A stretch of 64,000 bases of DNA, from NCBI GenBank assembly GCA_018335975.1, contig JAGXRH010000024.1:30738-94737 (forward strand), given 5' to 3'. Shown piece by piece: positions 1 to 9,522 of this stretch. Source of the DNA: Ignavibacteriales bacterium. GTDB taxonomy: Bacteria > Bacteroidota > Ignavibacteria > UBA10030 > F1-140-MAGs086. The notes under the pieces are model-generated. The model did not search any database and was not told where the DNA came from. It saw only the letters and a list, made by a program, of their open reading frames with translations. Each line of letters begins with the position of its first letter. The first letter of the stretch is position 1. A program made the translations under genes and the position numbers.

Positions 1-99
1 AGTTGAGCACCCTATTTTCGCAGAAGCAAGCGATGCCTCAATTCCGGCATGACCACCGCCAATTACAATTATATCGTATTTATTTTTTGTTTGTTTCAC
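1..99 (-). CDS. mnmG: tRNA uridine 5-carboxymethylaminomethyl modification enzyme MnmG (GidA), N-terminal fragment running off the window edge
   Basis: Reverse-complement of 1-99 translates from a GTG start to [33 protein letters not shown]. This is the classic FAD-binding GGGHAG N-terminus of MnmG/GidA. It lies directly downstream of mnmE on the same strand. Confidence 0.7.
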   Translation of the reverse strand, partial: MKQTKNKYDIIVIGGGHAGIEASLASAKIGCST

Positions 100-105
100 G
101 TGAAA

Positions 106-1479
106 CTATTTTCCTATGCAAAATTTTGAAAAAATGTTATTGAGAATTTCCTCGGAAGTTACCTCTCCGGTAATTTCCCCAATGTTGTTCAACGCTGAAC
201 GAATATCAATTGTAAGTAATTCAGAAGTTTGGTTTTTGGTCAGAGTTGAATGTGCATTTTGTAAATTGTTCAATGCTTTTTCCATTGAGTTTTTATGACG
301 GACATTGGTTATCGTTATTGAATCGGATGAATCGCTTTTCCGAATAATAGTCTTTGAAAGGATTCGTTGTTCGAGTTCTTTTATTCCAATTTTATGCTTT
401 GCGGAAATGAAGATTGAATTTTCATTTTCTATGTTGGGTTTTATTTTTTCTATTTTCACTTTATCTACCAAATCAATTTTATTGAATACTAATAACTTAT
501 TTTTATTAAACTCAATTAACTCTGAATAAGATTCGTTCGAAGAATCCGTAACATCTATTAATTCAATAATAACATCGGCTTGTTCGATTTGTTCATAACT
601 CCTCCTCACACCTTCTGCTTCAATTTCATCTTTTGTTTCACGAATTCCTGCAGTATCTATGAATCGAAACGTAATTCCATCAATTGTTAATTCGTCTTCA
701 ATTACATCGCGTGTAGTTCCGGGAATATCCGTAACAATTGAACGATTTTCTTGGAGCAAGGCATTTAACAAACTTGACTTGCCAACATTCGGTTTTCCGG
801 TAATTACTATTCTGATTCCTTCGCGATAAAACCTGCCAACTGAAAAAGAATTTAATAGCTCTTCAATTTCTGAAATTGTCACAGATAGTTCTTGCTCCAG
901 TCTATTTCGGTTGGCAAATTGATATCCTTCTTCAACAAAATCAAGTTCAAGTTCCAACAAACCGCAAAGATCGAGAAGTTTTTCTCTTATTTTCTTTAAT
1001 ATTGAAGATAATTCACCTTTTATTTGTGATACGGAACTTTGATGCGCTAACTCCGAACGAGAATGAATCAAATCCGAAACAGCTTCCGCTTGCGATAAAT
1101 CAATTCGTCCATTCAAAAAAGCACGTTTTGTAAATTCACCTGGCTCAGCCAATCTTGCTCCAGTCGCAATTAACGCTTGTAATATTTTTTTCGTTACAAA
1201 TGCTCCACCATGACAAGAAAACTCTACAATGTTTTCCGTGGTGTATGATTTGGGAGCAAGAAAAAGTGTTGCCACTACTTCGTCAATCACATTTCCCCCG
1301 TCATCAACAAAATATCCGAAATGTGCTGTTTGTGTTTTGGCAGAAGAAAGATTTCCTTTTCCGCGAAAACATATATCGGCAATTTCAAGAGAGTGTCTCC
1401 CCGACAAACGTATCACCGACAATCCTCCTTCTCCAAGAGGAGTCGCTATTGCTACAATAGTATCGTCAAGTATGTTCAT
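106..1479 (-). CDS. mnmE: tRNA modification GTPase MnmE/TrmE
   Basis: 457-aa ORF. N-terminal MNILDDTIVAIATPLGEGGLSVIRLSG matches MnmE. It has G-domain motifs (GKPNVGKSSLLNAL, DTAG) and the conserved C-terminal CIGK tetrapeptide. Confidence 0.9.
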   Translation of the reverse strand: MNILDDTIVAIATPLGEGGLSVIRLSGRHSLEIADICFRGKGNLSSAKTQTAHFGYFVDDGGNVIDEVVATLFLAPKSYTTENIVEFSCHGGAFVTKKILQALIATGARLAEPGEFTKRAFLNGRIDLSQAEAVSDLIHSRSELAHQSSVSQIKGELSSILKKIREKLLDLCGLLELELDFVEEGYQFANRNRLEQELSVTISEIEELLNSFSVGRFYREGIRIVITGKPNVGKSSLLNALLQENRSIVTDIPGTTRDVIEDELTIDGITFRFIDTAGIRETKDEIEAEGVRRSYEQIEQADVIIELIDVTDSSNESYSELIEFNKNKLLVFNKIDLVDKVKIEKIKPNIENENSIFISAKHKIGIKELEQRILSKTIIRKSDSSDSITITNVRHKNSMEKALNNLQNAHSTLTKNQTSELLTIDIRSALNNIGEITGEVTSEEILNNIFSKFCIGK

Positions 1480-1548
1480 AAAGATTAAATAGAACTAAAT
1501 ATAAACAATGTGTTTTCTCTTGAAAAGCAAATTACCTTTTCGTAATTT

Positions 1549-2430
1549 TTGCCAATGTTAACGCTAATAGAATATTGCGGGTTTGAGCTTCTTTACGGAA
1601 TTGTAAATTTGTTACCAATGGATTGGCTTTCCGGAGCAGGAAAATTTTTAGGGCGCGTTTATTATTTCCTCTCGTCATCACGCAGAGAAATAGCAGTGCA
1701 AAATTTACTTTCAGCGTTTCCCGAAAAAGGTACCGAAGAAATAAACGCAATTACAAAAAAAGTATTTGAAAACGTGGGAATAACGTTCACAGAATTTTTG
1801 TGGACAAAAAATTTTTCGCGAGAGAAAATATCGAAAATAGTTGAACTTGAAAATGTTGCCGAACTCCAGATTCTTGTTGAACAAAACCAAGGCGCTGTAT
1901 TTGTTTCGGGACATTTAGGGAATTGGGAATTAACGGCTATTGCAATCGGAGTACATTTGAACACTTCGTTGTGCGCAATTGTAAAAACGCAACACAACAT
2001 CCGAGTTGACAAAAAAATAAGTGAACTACGATGTTACTTTGGTAATCGTGCAGTTTCGATGGAGCGCGCGATAAGAGAATCAATAAGCGAATTGCAAAAC
2101 GGAGGCATCGTTGCCCTTCTCTCTGACCAAAGCGCGCCGAAAGAAAGTGTGTATGTAAATTTTTTTGGCAGGAATGTTGCAACGTTTCAAGGACCTACCG
2201 CATTTGCTTTGAAAACCAAAAAACCATTGATTGCTGTTTATGGTCTCCGAAACGAAAGCGGAGATTATAAAATATCGTGGGAAAAAATTGGCTTCGACGA
2301 TTTATCGAATTACAACAATGACAACATAGCAACGCTAACGCAGCGACAAACGGATTTACTGGAACAAGTAATTCGCAAACATCCTGAGCAGTGGCTTTGG
2401 TTGCATCGAAGGTGGAAACACGTGCAATGA
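1549..2430 (+). CDS. Lipid A biosynthesis lauroyl/myristoyl acyltransferase (LpxL/HtrB/MsbB family)
   Basis: 293-aa ORF with a C-terminal HPEQWLWLHRRWK motif typical of HtrB/MsbB late acyltransferases. It is adjacent to a GT9 heptosyltransferase and an MsbA-like exporter. Confidence 0.7.
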   Translation: MPMLTLIEYCGFELLYGIVNLLPMDWLSGAGKFLGRVYYFLSSSRREIAVQNLLSAFPEKGTEEINAITKKVFENVGITFTEFLWTKNFSREKISKIVELENVAELQILVEQNQGAVFVSGHLGNWELTAIAIGVHLNTSLCAIVKTQHNIRVDKKISELRCYFGNRAVSMERAIRESISELQNGGIVALLSDQSAPKESVYVNFFGRNVATFQGPTAFALKTKKPLIAVYGLRNESGDYKISWEKIGFDDLSNYNNDNIATLTQRQTDLLEQVIRKHPEQWLWLHRRWKHVQ

Positions 2431-3464
2431 AAATTGTAGTAATACAAACGGCATTTCCCGGCGATGTTATTTTAACGCTTCCTTTAATTCAAGAAGCCAA
2501 AAAATATTTCGGAGAAACGTTCATTGATGTTGTTGTAATTCCTTCGTGCGCAAATATTTTGAACAACCACCCGGATGGCGCTGAAATAATTACATACGAT
2601 AAGAAATCAGGAGATGCGGGAATCGTTGGCTTTCTTCGTTTGGTTTCGCGCTTACGGAAAAAAAATTACGATGTCGCTTTGATCCCTCATCGTTCGTTGA
2701 GAAGCGCGATGCTTGCATATTTTTCTTTTATTCCAAAAAGAATCGGGTTTGACACGAGTGGGGGGAAATCACTTTACACAAACGTCATTAAGTACGACCG
2801 AACCATTCACGAGGTTGAAAGGAATTTGCAACTTCTTTCTCCGTTTGGGTATCAGCATCAAAAAAAGATTTTTCCTTCTCTTTATCCGACGGATAATGAT
2901 AGACAAATAGTTGACGTTTTCATTTCAGAAAATAAATTTTCTTCCGACAGAAAAATAATTTCTTTTGCGCCCGGAAGCGTTTGGAATACAAAGCGTTGGC
3001 TGAAAGAGCATTTCGTTGTTCTTGCAAAAAAAATAACAGAAGAAAACATTTCGATAGTTTTAATTGGAGGGAAAAATGATGAGCATCTTTGTGAAGAAAT
3101 TCAATTATCCGTTTCTTCAAAAAATATTTTCAACACGGCGGGGAAATTTTCTCTCCTTCAATCTTCAGAAATAATTCATCGCAGTCAATTACTCTTGTGC
3201 AACGACAGCGCACCAATGCATCTCGCTGTCGCAACGAAAACGCCGGTTGTTTCAATATGGGGGGCGACGGTTCCGGAATTTGGTTTCGCTCCGTACGGAG
3301 AGAACGATGTTATTATTCAAACGAAAGGATTATCGTGTCGCCCCTGTGGAATTCATGGAGGGAACATTTGCCCGATTGGAACTTTCGATTGTTTGGAGAA
3401 AATTTCTGTAGAAGAAGTTTATGCGGCGATTCGTCGCGTGTTATTACGATTTCCCCATCAATAA
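2427..3464 (+). CDS. Glycosyltransferase family 9 (ADP-heptose:LPS heptosyltransferase, WaaF/RfaF-like)
   Basis: Internal ATG at 2427 gives MKIVVIQTAFPGDVILTLPLIQ, the typical GT9 N-terminus. The C-terminal region CNDSAPMHLAVATKTPVVSIWG is GT9-like. It overlaps the upstream gene by 4 nt. Confidence 0.75.
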   Translation: MKIVVIQTAFPGDVILTLPLIQEAKKYFGETFIDVVVIPSCANILNNHPDGAEIITYDKKSGDAGIVGFLRLVSRLRKKNYDVALIPHRSLRSAMLAYFSFIPKRIGFDTSGGKSLYTNVIKYDRTIHEVERNLQLLSPFGYQHQKKIFPSLYPTDNDRQIVDVFISENKFSSDRKIISFAPGSVWNTKRWLKEHFVVLAKKITEENISIVLIGGKNDEHLCEEIQLSVSSKNIFNTAGKFSLLQSSEIIHRSQLLLCNDSAPMHLAVATKTPVVSIWGATVPEFGFAPYGENDVIIQTKGLSCRPCGIHGGNICPIGTFDCLEKISVEEVYAAIRRVLLRFPHQ

Positions 3465-3488
3465 TATTTGCTTGCGGCAAAAAATGTC

Positions 3489-5282
3489 TCAATTCTTCCC
3501 TGCATTTTTCATTCCCGCAAGCGCGACTTTTGAAATCGTATTTTCTCTTTCTCCGATTTGCTGTCTCCACATTGCGTAATACAATCCTTTTTGTTCGAGA
3601 AGTTCGTTATGTTTTCCATTTTCTATAATATTTCCTTTTTCCAAAACAAAAATATTATCCGCATGCATAATCGTGGAAAGACGATGCGCTATGAGAATGG
3701 TAATTACATCGTTCACTTTGGAAACATCGCGAATCGTTTCGGAAATTTCTTCTTCGGTGAGTGAATCGAGCGAGGATGTTGCTTCATCGAATACGAGTAA
3801 ATTTGGTTTTCGCAGTAACGCGCGTGCAATTGATAATCGTTGTTTTTCGCCGCCGGAAACTTTTACTCCTCCTTCGCCAATCACCGTATCCAAACCTTTA
3901 TCAGCACGTGCAAGCAAACTTTGGCACGCTGATTTGTTCAATACTTCCAAACATTCTTTATCGCTTGCGTTTGGATTGACGAATAATAAATTTTCGCGAA
4001 TTGTTCCGGAAAACAATTGCGTGTCCTGTGTAACAAAACCAATTCTCTCGCGTAACGAATCTAAATCCACGCTCGTGCTTTCAACTTCATTGTATAAAAT
4101 CTTTCCTGCCTGCGTTTGATATAATCCCACCAGCAATTTCACGAGCGTTGTTTTCCCCGAACCCGATGGACCAACAAATGCAATCGTTTCTCCACGCGCA
4201 ACGGAAAATGAAATTTCTTCCAACGCTTTCGTTGTTGCGCTTTGATGTTTGAACGAAACATTTTCAAATGCAAGCGTTTGTATTTCACCAATAGCGACGG
4301 GAGAAATCGGTTTTAATTCTTTCGGTGTGTTCATAATGTCTTCAAAATTTTTGAGCGAGACTTCCGCTTCGCGGTAAACATTGATGACGTTTCCTAATTC
4401 CTGCATCGGACCAAAAATGAAAAACGAATAAATCCACAGCGAGAAAAATTGTCCAAACGTAATTTCGCGGGAGAAAATGAGATACAGCATTACGAACAAA
4501 ATACTCGTGCGTAAAAAATTTACCATCGTTCCCTGAATAAAACTGAGCGAGCGAATGTATTTTACTTTCTTTAATTCGAGAAGTAAAATTTTTCCTGTCG
4601 TTGCATTAAGCCGCGTAATTTCCTGCTGTGCGAGTCCTAAACTTTTTACTAACTCAATGTTGCGAAGTGATTCCGTTGTTGAGCCGGCAAGTGCTGTTGT
4701 TTCCGCAACAATAATTTTTTGCACTTTCTTTATTTTTTTACTTAACACGGAACTGAGTCCGCCGATTATCGGAATCGTTCCAAAATAAATCGGCGCAACG
4801 AGCCAATGAATATTCATTGCGTACACCGTTACAAAGACAACACCAACTACGGTTGTAAACAGTAAATTGATAAATATGGAAATGAGTTTTTCAACATCGG
4901 TGCGGACTTTCTGCAATTTGCCGAGTGTTTCACCGCTGCGTTGATCTTCAAATACTGAATACGGAAGTTCGAGTGAATGTTTCAAACCGTCAGCGTACAT
5001 CTGCGCGCCGAGTTTTTGCGTAATATTATTGATGTAGTAATCCTGAAAATTTTTTGCAACACGCGAAACGAATGCAACGCCAACCGCGGCAAGGAGTAAC
5101 ATTCCCACTCCCTCGAAAAATTCTGATTTCGTGAATTTATCGAAGTGCGAAACATAATCATCAATCACGTACTTAAAAATGAGTGGATCCAGAAGTGAAA
5201 ATGTTTGATTCACTGCGGCAAGAAATAGCGCGAGTGTTACAAGTTTCCAGTATTGTTTGAGATAGGGGAAAAGGATTTTCAT
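3489..5282 (-). CDS. ABC transporter ATP-binding/permease protein (MsbA-like lipid exporter)
   Basis: 597-aa ORF with an N-terminal 6-TM domain and a C-terminal NBD. Walker A is GPSGSGKTT, the ABC signature is LSGGEKQRLSIARAL, and Walker B is LLVFDEATSSLD. Its position next to the lipid A genes suggests MsbA. Confidence 0.8.
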   Translation of the reverse strand: MKILFPYLKQYWKLVTLALFLAAVNQTFSLLDPLIFKYVIDDYVSHFDKFTKSEFFEGVGMLLLAAVGVAFVSRVAKNFQDYYINNITQKLGAQMYADGLKHSLELPYSVFEDQRSGETLGKLQKVRTDVEKLISIFINLLFTTVVGVVFVTVYAMNIHWLVAPIYFGTIPIIGGLSSVLSKKIKKVQKIIVAETTALAGSTTESLRNIELVKSLGLAQQEITRLNATTGKILLLELKKVKYIRSLSFIQGTMVNFLRTSILFVMLYLIFSREITFGQFFSLWIYSFFIFGPMQELGNVINVYREAEVSLKNFEDIMNTPKELKPISPVAIGEIQTLAFENVSFKHQSATTKALEEISFSVARGETIAFVGPSGSGKTTLVKLLVGLYQTQAGKILYNEVESTSVDLDSLRERIGFVTQDTQLFSGTIRENLLFVNPNASDKECLEVLNKSACQSLLARADKGLDTVIGEGGVKVSGGEKQRLSIARALLRKPNLLVFDEATSSLDSLTEEEISETIRDVSKVNDVITILIAHRLSTIMHADNIFVLEKGNIIENGKHNELLEQKGLYYAMWRQQIGERENTISKVALAGMKNAGKN

Positions 5283-5335
5283 TCAACGTAAAAATTTTTT
5301 GGGCAACAATATAAACTCTTTCTGTTCAATTATAT

Positions 5336-5423
5336 ATTCACCACGGATGACGCGGATGAAACACGAATGTACGCTGACAATTCGTGAATATCTGTGCAGT
5401 ATCAGCGTTATTCGCGGTTAGTT
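5336..5423. repeat. Imperfect palindromic intergenic repeat, family A (CACGAAT/ATTCGTG 7-mer based), copy 1
   Basis: Sequence ttcaccacggatgacgcggatgaaacacgaatg...caattcgtgaat...attcgcggttag. It shares its terminal ttcaccacg(a/g)at...attcg(t/c)gg motifs and internal cacggat/atccgtg pairs with the copies at 14549, 23070 and 26473. Confidence 0.5.
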
Positions 5424-5428
5424 TCAAA

Positions 5429-6607
5429 TCATCCCTTCACACAAATCACTTGCTTTAACGTTGTAACCACTTCCACCAAATCATTTTGGTTTTCGATTAC
5501 TTCGTCAATGTTTTTATACGCTTGCGGAATTTCATCGAGCACACCTTTGTCTTTGCGGCACTCAACGCCTTTTGTTTGTTCGAGCAAATCGTGTTCGGTA
5601 AATGTTGCGCGCGCTTTTGTTCGGGACATTCTTCTTCCCGCGCCGTGACTTGCTGAACAAAACGAATCGGGATTTCCCAAACCTTTCACGATGTACGATT
5701 TCGTTCCCATCGAACCGGGAATAATTCCATCATCGCCTTTCATCGCGCGAATCGCTCCTTTGCGCGTTACCCAAACTTCGTGTCCGAAATGATTTTCCAG
5801 CGCTACATAATTATGATGACAATTTACCATTCGCACGATTTCAAATTGCTCTGCATTGTTCAATTCATAACGAACATCTTTTATTGCAAGTTGCAACATA
5901 ATGTTTCTGTTTTCCAACGCATACGATTGCGCCCACAGTACATCATGAAAATATTGTTTGCACTCTTCCGTTTCAATCGGTAAATACGAAAGGTCACGAT
6001 GCGGAACTTCGATATGATATTTCTTCAACAAATTTTCCGCGACTTCAATATGCACATCCGCTAATTCTTTGCCGATGTTTCTGCTTCCGCTGTGAAGAAG
6101 AATCCAAACGTTTTCATCTTTATCCAAACAAATTTCAATGAAATGATTTCCGCCGCCGAGTGTTCCGAGTTGATGTTGCGCTTTGCCGAGAAGTTTGTGA
6201 ACGCCGCGATGTAAATTTTGAAAATCATTCCAGCCATTCCATTGCAGTGATTGCTCCGTTGGTTTTCTGTGCTGACTAAATCCCACGGGAATCGAACGCT
6301 CAATCGAGTGACGAAGTTTTGCAAGTTTTCCTTCAAGTCGTTCCGCCTTAAATGGAGTTTGCACCGCCGCCATTCCGCAACCAATATCAACGCCAACAGC
6401 GGCGGGAATAATCGTGTTCTTCGATGCGTACACCGTTCCAATCGTTGAGCCCTTTCCCGCGTGAACATCCGGCATCACCGCGATATGTTTAAATACAAAC
6501 GGAAGTGAAGCAAGTTGCAAAAGTTGTTGTTCTGCTTCTTGCTCAACATCATCCGTCCAGATTTTTACGGGAAATCTTCCTTGCGTGAGAATTTTTTTGA
6601 TTGGCAC
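5429..6607 (-). CDS. rtcB: RNA-splicing ligase RtcB
   Basis: 392-aa ORF. The metal-binding motifs PDVHAGKGSTIG, GGGNHFIE and the C-terminal HNY-containing core are characteristic of RtcB. Confidence 0.85.
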   Translation of the reverse strand: MPIKKILTQGRFPVKIWTDDVEQEAEQQLLQLASLPFVFKHIAVMPDVHAGKGSTIGTVYASKNTIIPAAVGVDIGCGMAAVQTPFKAERLEGKLAKLRHSIERSIPVGFSQHRKPTEQSLQWNGWNDFQNLHRGVHKLLGKAQHQLGTLGGGNHFIEICLDKDENVWILLHSGSRNIGKELADVHIEVAENLLKKYHIEVPHRDLSYLPIETEECKQYFHDVLWAQSYALENRNIMLQLAIKDVRYELNNAEQFEIVRMVNCHHNYVALENHFGHEVWVTRKGAIRAMKGDDGIIPGSMGTKSYIVKGLGNPDSFCSASHGAGRRMSRTKARATFTEHDLLEQTKGVECRKDKGVLDEIPQAYKNIDEVIENQNDLVEVVTTLKQVICVKG

Positions 6608-6654
6608 AGATTTAAATGAAGAATGAAAAATTAGGAATTAAGAATAGCGCTCTC

Positions 6655-7416
6655 TTATTTTTTATTACTCATTTTTTTCAGTAACGTTCGTTTTTTCTTT
6701 CCCATAATTGCGCCGTGAATCGCCATTGCCGGTCCAATCAGCGCGTACGTAATTCCCGAAAGAAACGATGCTAAATTTGTGCGACCAATCGCGGCGATAA
6801 GCAACGAAAGCATTCCGATACAAATGAGAATAATATACGATTGAATACTACCTTTTGTGAGAAGAATTTCGAGTTCGTTTAATTCCAACTCCCCACGTCT
6901 CTTGTACGCGTGACGGTAGAGAAAGAAAAACACTGTGAACACCGCGACAAATCCAATGCCGTACACTATCATCAATGTTACATTTTGCCCTACGCCAACC
7001 ATCCGGACAATAGAACCATCTTCCAAATGCGTAACAGGATTTCCTCCGCTGTAAATGATAACAAGCCACGTGAATAAAAATTTCAACGGATAAACATAAA
7101 AGAGAACGACAAATAACATCGCTGCTGTTAACCACGCCGTTGTTGAATTTTCCAATCCGTAGCGGCGGCAAAAGGTGTAATGATTAAACCACACCCAAAA
7201 AAGCATTGCAAAACTTATGGCAAACGCAGCAAAGCCGTGCATTTTTTCCAGCAGTTCGTTAAAAGTTGTCGGAACTTCGAGCGAGATAATAAGGAGCGTT
7301 ACAGCAAATGCTAATACTGCATCACTGAATCCTTCAATGCGGGATATTTCCGTACTGCGCAAACGAAATGAAGTATCTGCGCTGATTTTTTTTTCAGAGT
7401 GAGGTTGATGGGACAT
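6655..7416 (-). CDS. DUF1211/TMEM175-like membrane protein (putative K+ channel family)
   Basis: 253-aa polytopic membrane protein. The motif RIEGFSDAVLAFAVTLLIISLE matches the DUF1211 signature R-x-E-x-FSD-G/A-V-x-A-x-A-x-TLL. Confidence 0.55.
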   Translation of the reverse strand: MSHQPHSEKKISADTSFRLRSTEISRIEGFSDAVLAFAVTLLIISLEVPTTFNELLEKMHGFAAFAISFAMLFWVWFNHYTFCRRYGLENSTTAWLTAAMLFVVLFYVYPLKFLFTWLVIIYSGGNPVTHLEDGSIVRMVGVGQNVTLMIVYGIGFVAVFTVFFFLYRHAYKRRGELELNELEILLTKGSIQSYIILICIGMLSLLIAAIGRTNLASFLSGITYALIGPAMAIHGAIMGKKKRTLLKKMSNKK

Positions 7417-7430
7417 TGGTTATTGTACTA

Positions 7431-7685
7431 TTAACGATAAATATCTTTTCTATCTCCGACATTGCGGATGAGGATTGATTGTTCCTTGTCGTCAATTTCA
7501 TATATCACTCGGTAATCGCCAACACGAATGCGCCAGCCATCTCGTCCTTTGAGTTTAAGACAACCGATTGGTCTTGGGTTTTCTGCGAGTAACCGAATTT
7601 CATCGCGAATACGTTCGTACATATCCGCTGGCAATTGTGATAATTCTTTTTGTGCCGTGCGCTGAATAGAGATTGTATAACTCAC
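7431..7685 (-). CDS. Type II toxin-antitoxin system RelE/ParE family toxin
   Basis: 84-aa basic protein (...WRIRVGDYRVIYEIDDKEQSILIRNVGDRKDIY) with the typical RelE/ParE C-terminus. It overlaps the upstream antitoxin gene by 4 nt (ATGA). Confidence 0.8.
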   Translation of the reverse strand: MSYTISIQRTAQKELSQLPADMYERIRDEIRLLAENPRPIGCLKLKGRDGWRIRVGDYRVIYEIDDKEQSILIRNVGDRKDIYR

Positions 7686-7885
7686 GCGCGACTTTTTTCT
7701 ATTTCAGAAATTGCTTGTTCGAATGGAATGATTTCGTCGCCGGAATTTTTTGCAGCATCGTACGCGCGAAGCGAATCTAATTCTTCCAACTCTTCGAGAA
7801 GTTGGTGATACTCGGAAATTTCTAACATTACATTTGTGCGATTCCCTTGTTTGTCAATTACATATTTTTCTTTGAGTGTAACCAT
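7682..7885 (-). CDS. Type II antitoxin (Phd/YefM-RelB-like)
   Basis: From the internal Met the protein reads MVTLKEKYVIDKQGNRTNVMLEISEYHQLLEELEELDSLRAYDAAKNSGDEIIPFEQAISEI. This is the typical antitoxin pattern (V/I-L-S-x-EEYExLLExLEDL...G..IP.EEV). It is translationally coupled to the RelE/ParE gene. Confidence 0.6.
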   Translation of the reverse strand: MVTLKEKYVIDKQGNRTNVMLEISEYHQLLEELEELDSLRAYDAAKNSGDEIIPFEQAISEIEKSRA

Positions 7886-7895
7886 AATTTTTGTG

Positions 7896-8084
7896 TTAAT
7901 TAGTTTTCCATTGTTGAACTTTATCGAGCAATTCTTCTGTTGAGATGGTTTTTCCCTCGTTGGCATCTTTAAGTCCATCCACTACTTGACCAACAAAGTA
8001 TATTTCATACATAATGTCGTCAACAGAACAGCCATCGGGTAAATTTTTTATTGTGGCGATTGTTGTTTCTTTGAGTATGTCCAT
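7896..8084 (-). CDS. Small hypothetical protein (62 aa) immediately upstream of the TA pair
   Basis: Its stop lies 11 nt before the antitoxin start on the same strand. The sequence (LPDGCSVDDIMYEIYFVGQVVDGLKDANEGKTISTEELLDKVQQW) is acidic and helical with no recognisable family. It could be a third TA-operon component or an ORF artefact. Confidence 0.3.
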   Translation of the reverse strand: MDILKETTIATIKNLPDGCSVDDIMYEIYFVGQVVDGLKDANEGKTISTEELLDKVQQWKTN

Positions 8085-8210
8085 TGTGGTTTATTATTTT
8101 GAAGAATTGAATTCGACTAATTTTTTCCAGTTGATTTTTCCATCGGGAGTACAAAAATCTTTTCCGAATTCCGTCGTAAATTTATCTATCATTTGAGAAT
8201 AGGATTATTA

Positions 8211-8474
8211 TCATTGAAGATAAATTATTCCAGTTCCTTTACAATCTGGACAAGCGATTTCTTTAACCTCGTTAATACATTTGAAAGAAGCAAACCATTC
8301 GCCATCTTCCCACCTAAACATTGGCTCTTTCAAACGTTTTGGTTCTTTGATGCCAAAGAGTTTAGCAAACTTTTTTAATGCTTCATCTTCTGATTTAGCA
8401 TTGATAATTTGAAATGCATAATCTTTCTGCTCGTAATATCGGAGTATATATTGAACATGGAAATATTTTTTCAT
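8211..8474 (-). CDS. Hypothetical small protein with C-terminal CxxC zinc-ribbon-like motif
   Basis: 87-aa ORF ending ...ACPDCKGTGIIYLQ. AT-rich codon usage like the rest of the islet. No family recognised. Confidence 0.35.
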   Translation of the reverse strand: MKKYFHVQYILRYYEQKDYAFQIINAKSEDEALKKFAKLFGIKEPKRLKEPMFRWEDGEWFASFKCINEVKEIACPDCKGTGIIYLQ

Positions 8475-8484
8475 TGTTCTTCTA

Positions 8485-9522
8485 CTATGTATTTATCAAT
8501 TCACTTAGTCTTTTACTTCTGTTAATCTTGTATTTGCCCTCTGCGTCAAAAACCGTTTGGTTCAAGTATTTTGAAACGTTTTTTATTGTTTGCCCAAGAG
8601 AATTTATTTGCTCAAAATTTCCAGCAATTTTCAATTCAGACAACAACTTCCATCTCTCAAGTATGTTTGTAAATCTATCTTTATCAATTTCTAAGTTTCG
8701 ATAGTCATTAATAAAGTTATATTCATCTAAAAATTCGGATGTAGCGATTGAATTAATAATGTCTAAAATTTGTTGCGTTGTATTTGTATCGTCAGACAAA
8801 AAATTCCATAGCTCATCTGCAAGCAATACTTCTTCAGGAGCAAAATATTTTGTAAAATCGATTCCGTGCTCCATGAATGCGTCTTTATTATATTCGGTTG
8901 GGCTATCGCTTAAAGGATCGAAAGGAAAACCCAAATAATACTTTATCTGTTTATTAGGAAAAGCATTTTTCAAAGCAGCTTTAGCAGATAAAATTTTCTC
9001 CTTTTCAACCTTGAAAACGCCGCTATTGGGTTCTACAGTTTTTAATTCAATTGCTACAATTGACGCTGAATCTTCATAAAAATTATCCACAGTAAAATCG
9101 GATACTGGTTTCATTCTTGTTTTGCCTTTACTAAATATAAGCCGATTTTCAGCAATCAAATTTGGTTTTCTATTATCATTTTTCAAAGCAGTAATTATAT
9201 CAGCAATTATTGTTTGTTGGCTTTGAGAAATTTTCAAATCGTTGAAAATTCTCTTTTCACTGTCGGATAAGATGTGGGCAACATTTTCAAAAAATGATTG
9301 CCCAAGGGTTGTATTTAGGCCATGCATCCAACTACTTAAACTAATCAATACTTGAATTGATTCTACGTGCCCATCTAATTTATCAGCAAATGCCGATAAA
9401 AATGCTTCGTGAAAAGGCGCATTTCTATTATCAGTAAAGTCTTGTGGAAATTTTTCAAATCTCGATTTTAGAGTTCTTATAACTTCTAATGAAATTAGTT
9501 CTTGTTTTTCTATTTCTATCAT
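8485..9522 (-). CDS. Candidate type II restriction endonuclease (partner of the adjacent methyltransferase)
   Basis: 345-aa ORF whose start overlaps the upstream MTase stop by 4 nt. It has a possible PD-(D/E)xK core (D..ASIVAIELKTVE) and no recognisable housekeeping family. This is inference from context. Confidence 0.45.
   Translation of the reverse strand: MIEIEKQELISLEVIRTLKSRFEKFPQDFTDNRNAPFHEAFLSAFADKLDGHVESIQVLISLSSWMHGLNTTLGQSFFENVAHILSDSEKRIFNDLKISQSQQTIIADIITALKNDNRKPNLIAENRLIFSKGKTRMKPVSDFTVDNFYEDSASIVAIELKTVEPNSGVFKVEKEKILSAKAALKNAFPNKQIKYYLGFPFDPLSDSPTEYNKDAFMEHGIDFTKYFAPEEVLLADELWNFLSDDTNTTQQILDIINSIATSEFLDEYNFINDYRNLEIDKDRFTNILERWKLLSELKIAGNFEQINSLGQTIKNVSKYLNQTVFDAEGKYKINRSKRLSELINT

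Noticed and set aside
3197-3628. 143-aa + strand ORF overlapping the 3' end of the GT9 gene and the start of the MsbA-like gene
   Set aside because: It is out of frame with the well-supported GT9 C-terminus and antisense to the ABC exporter. Cys/Arg-rich junk translation.
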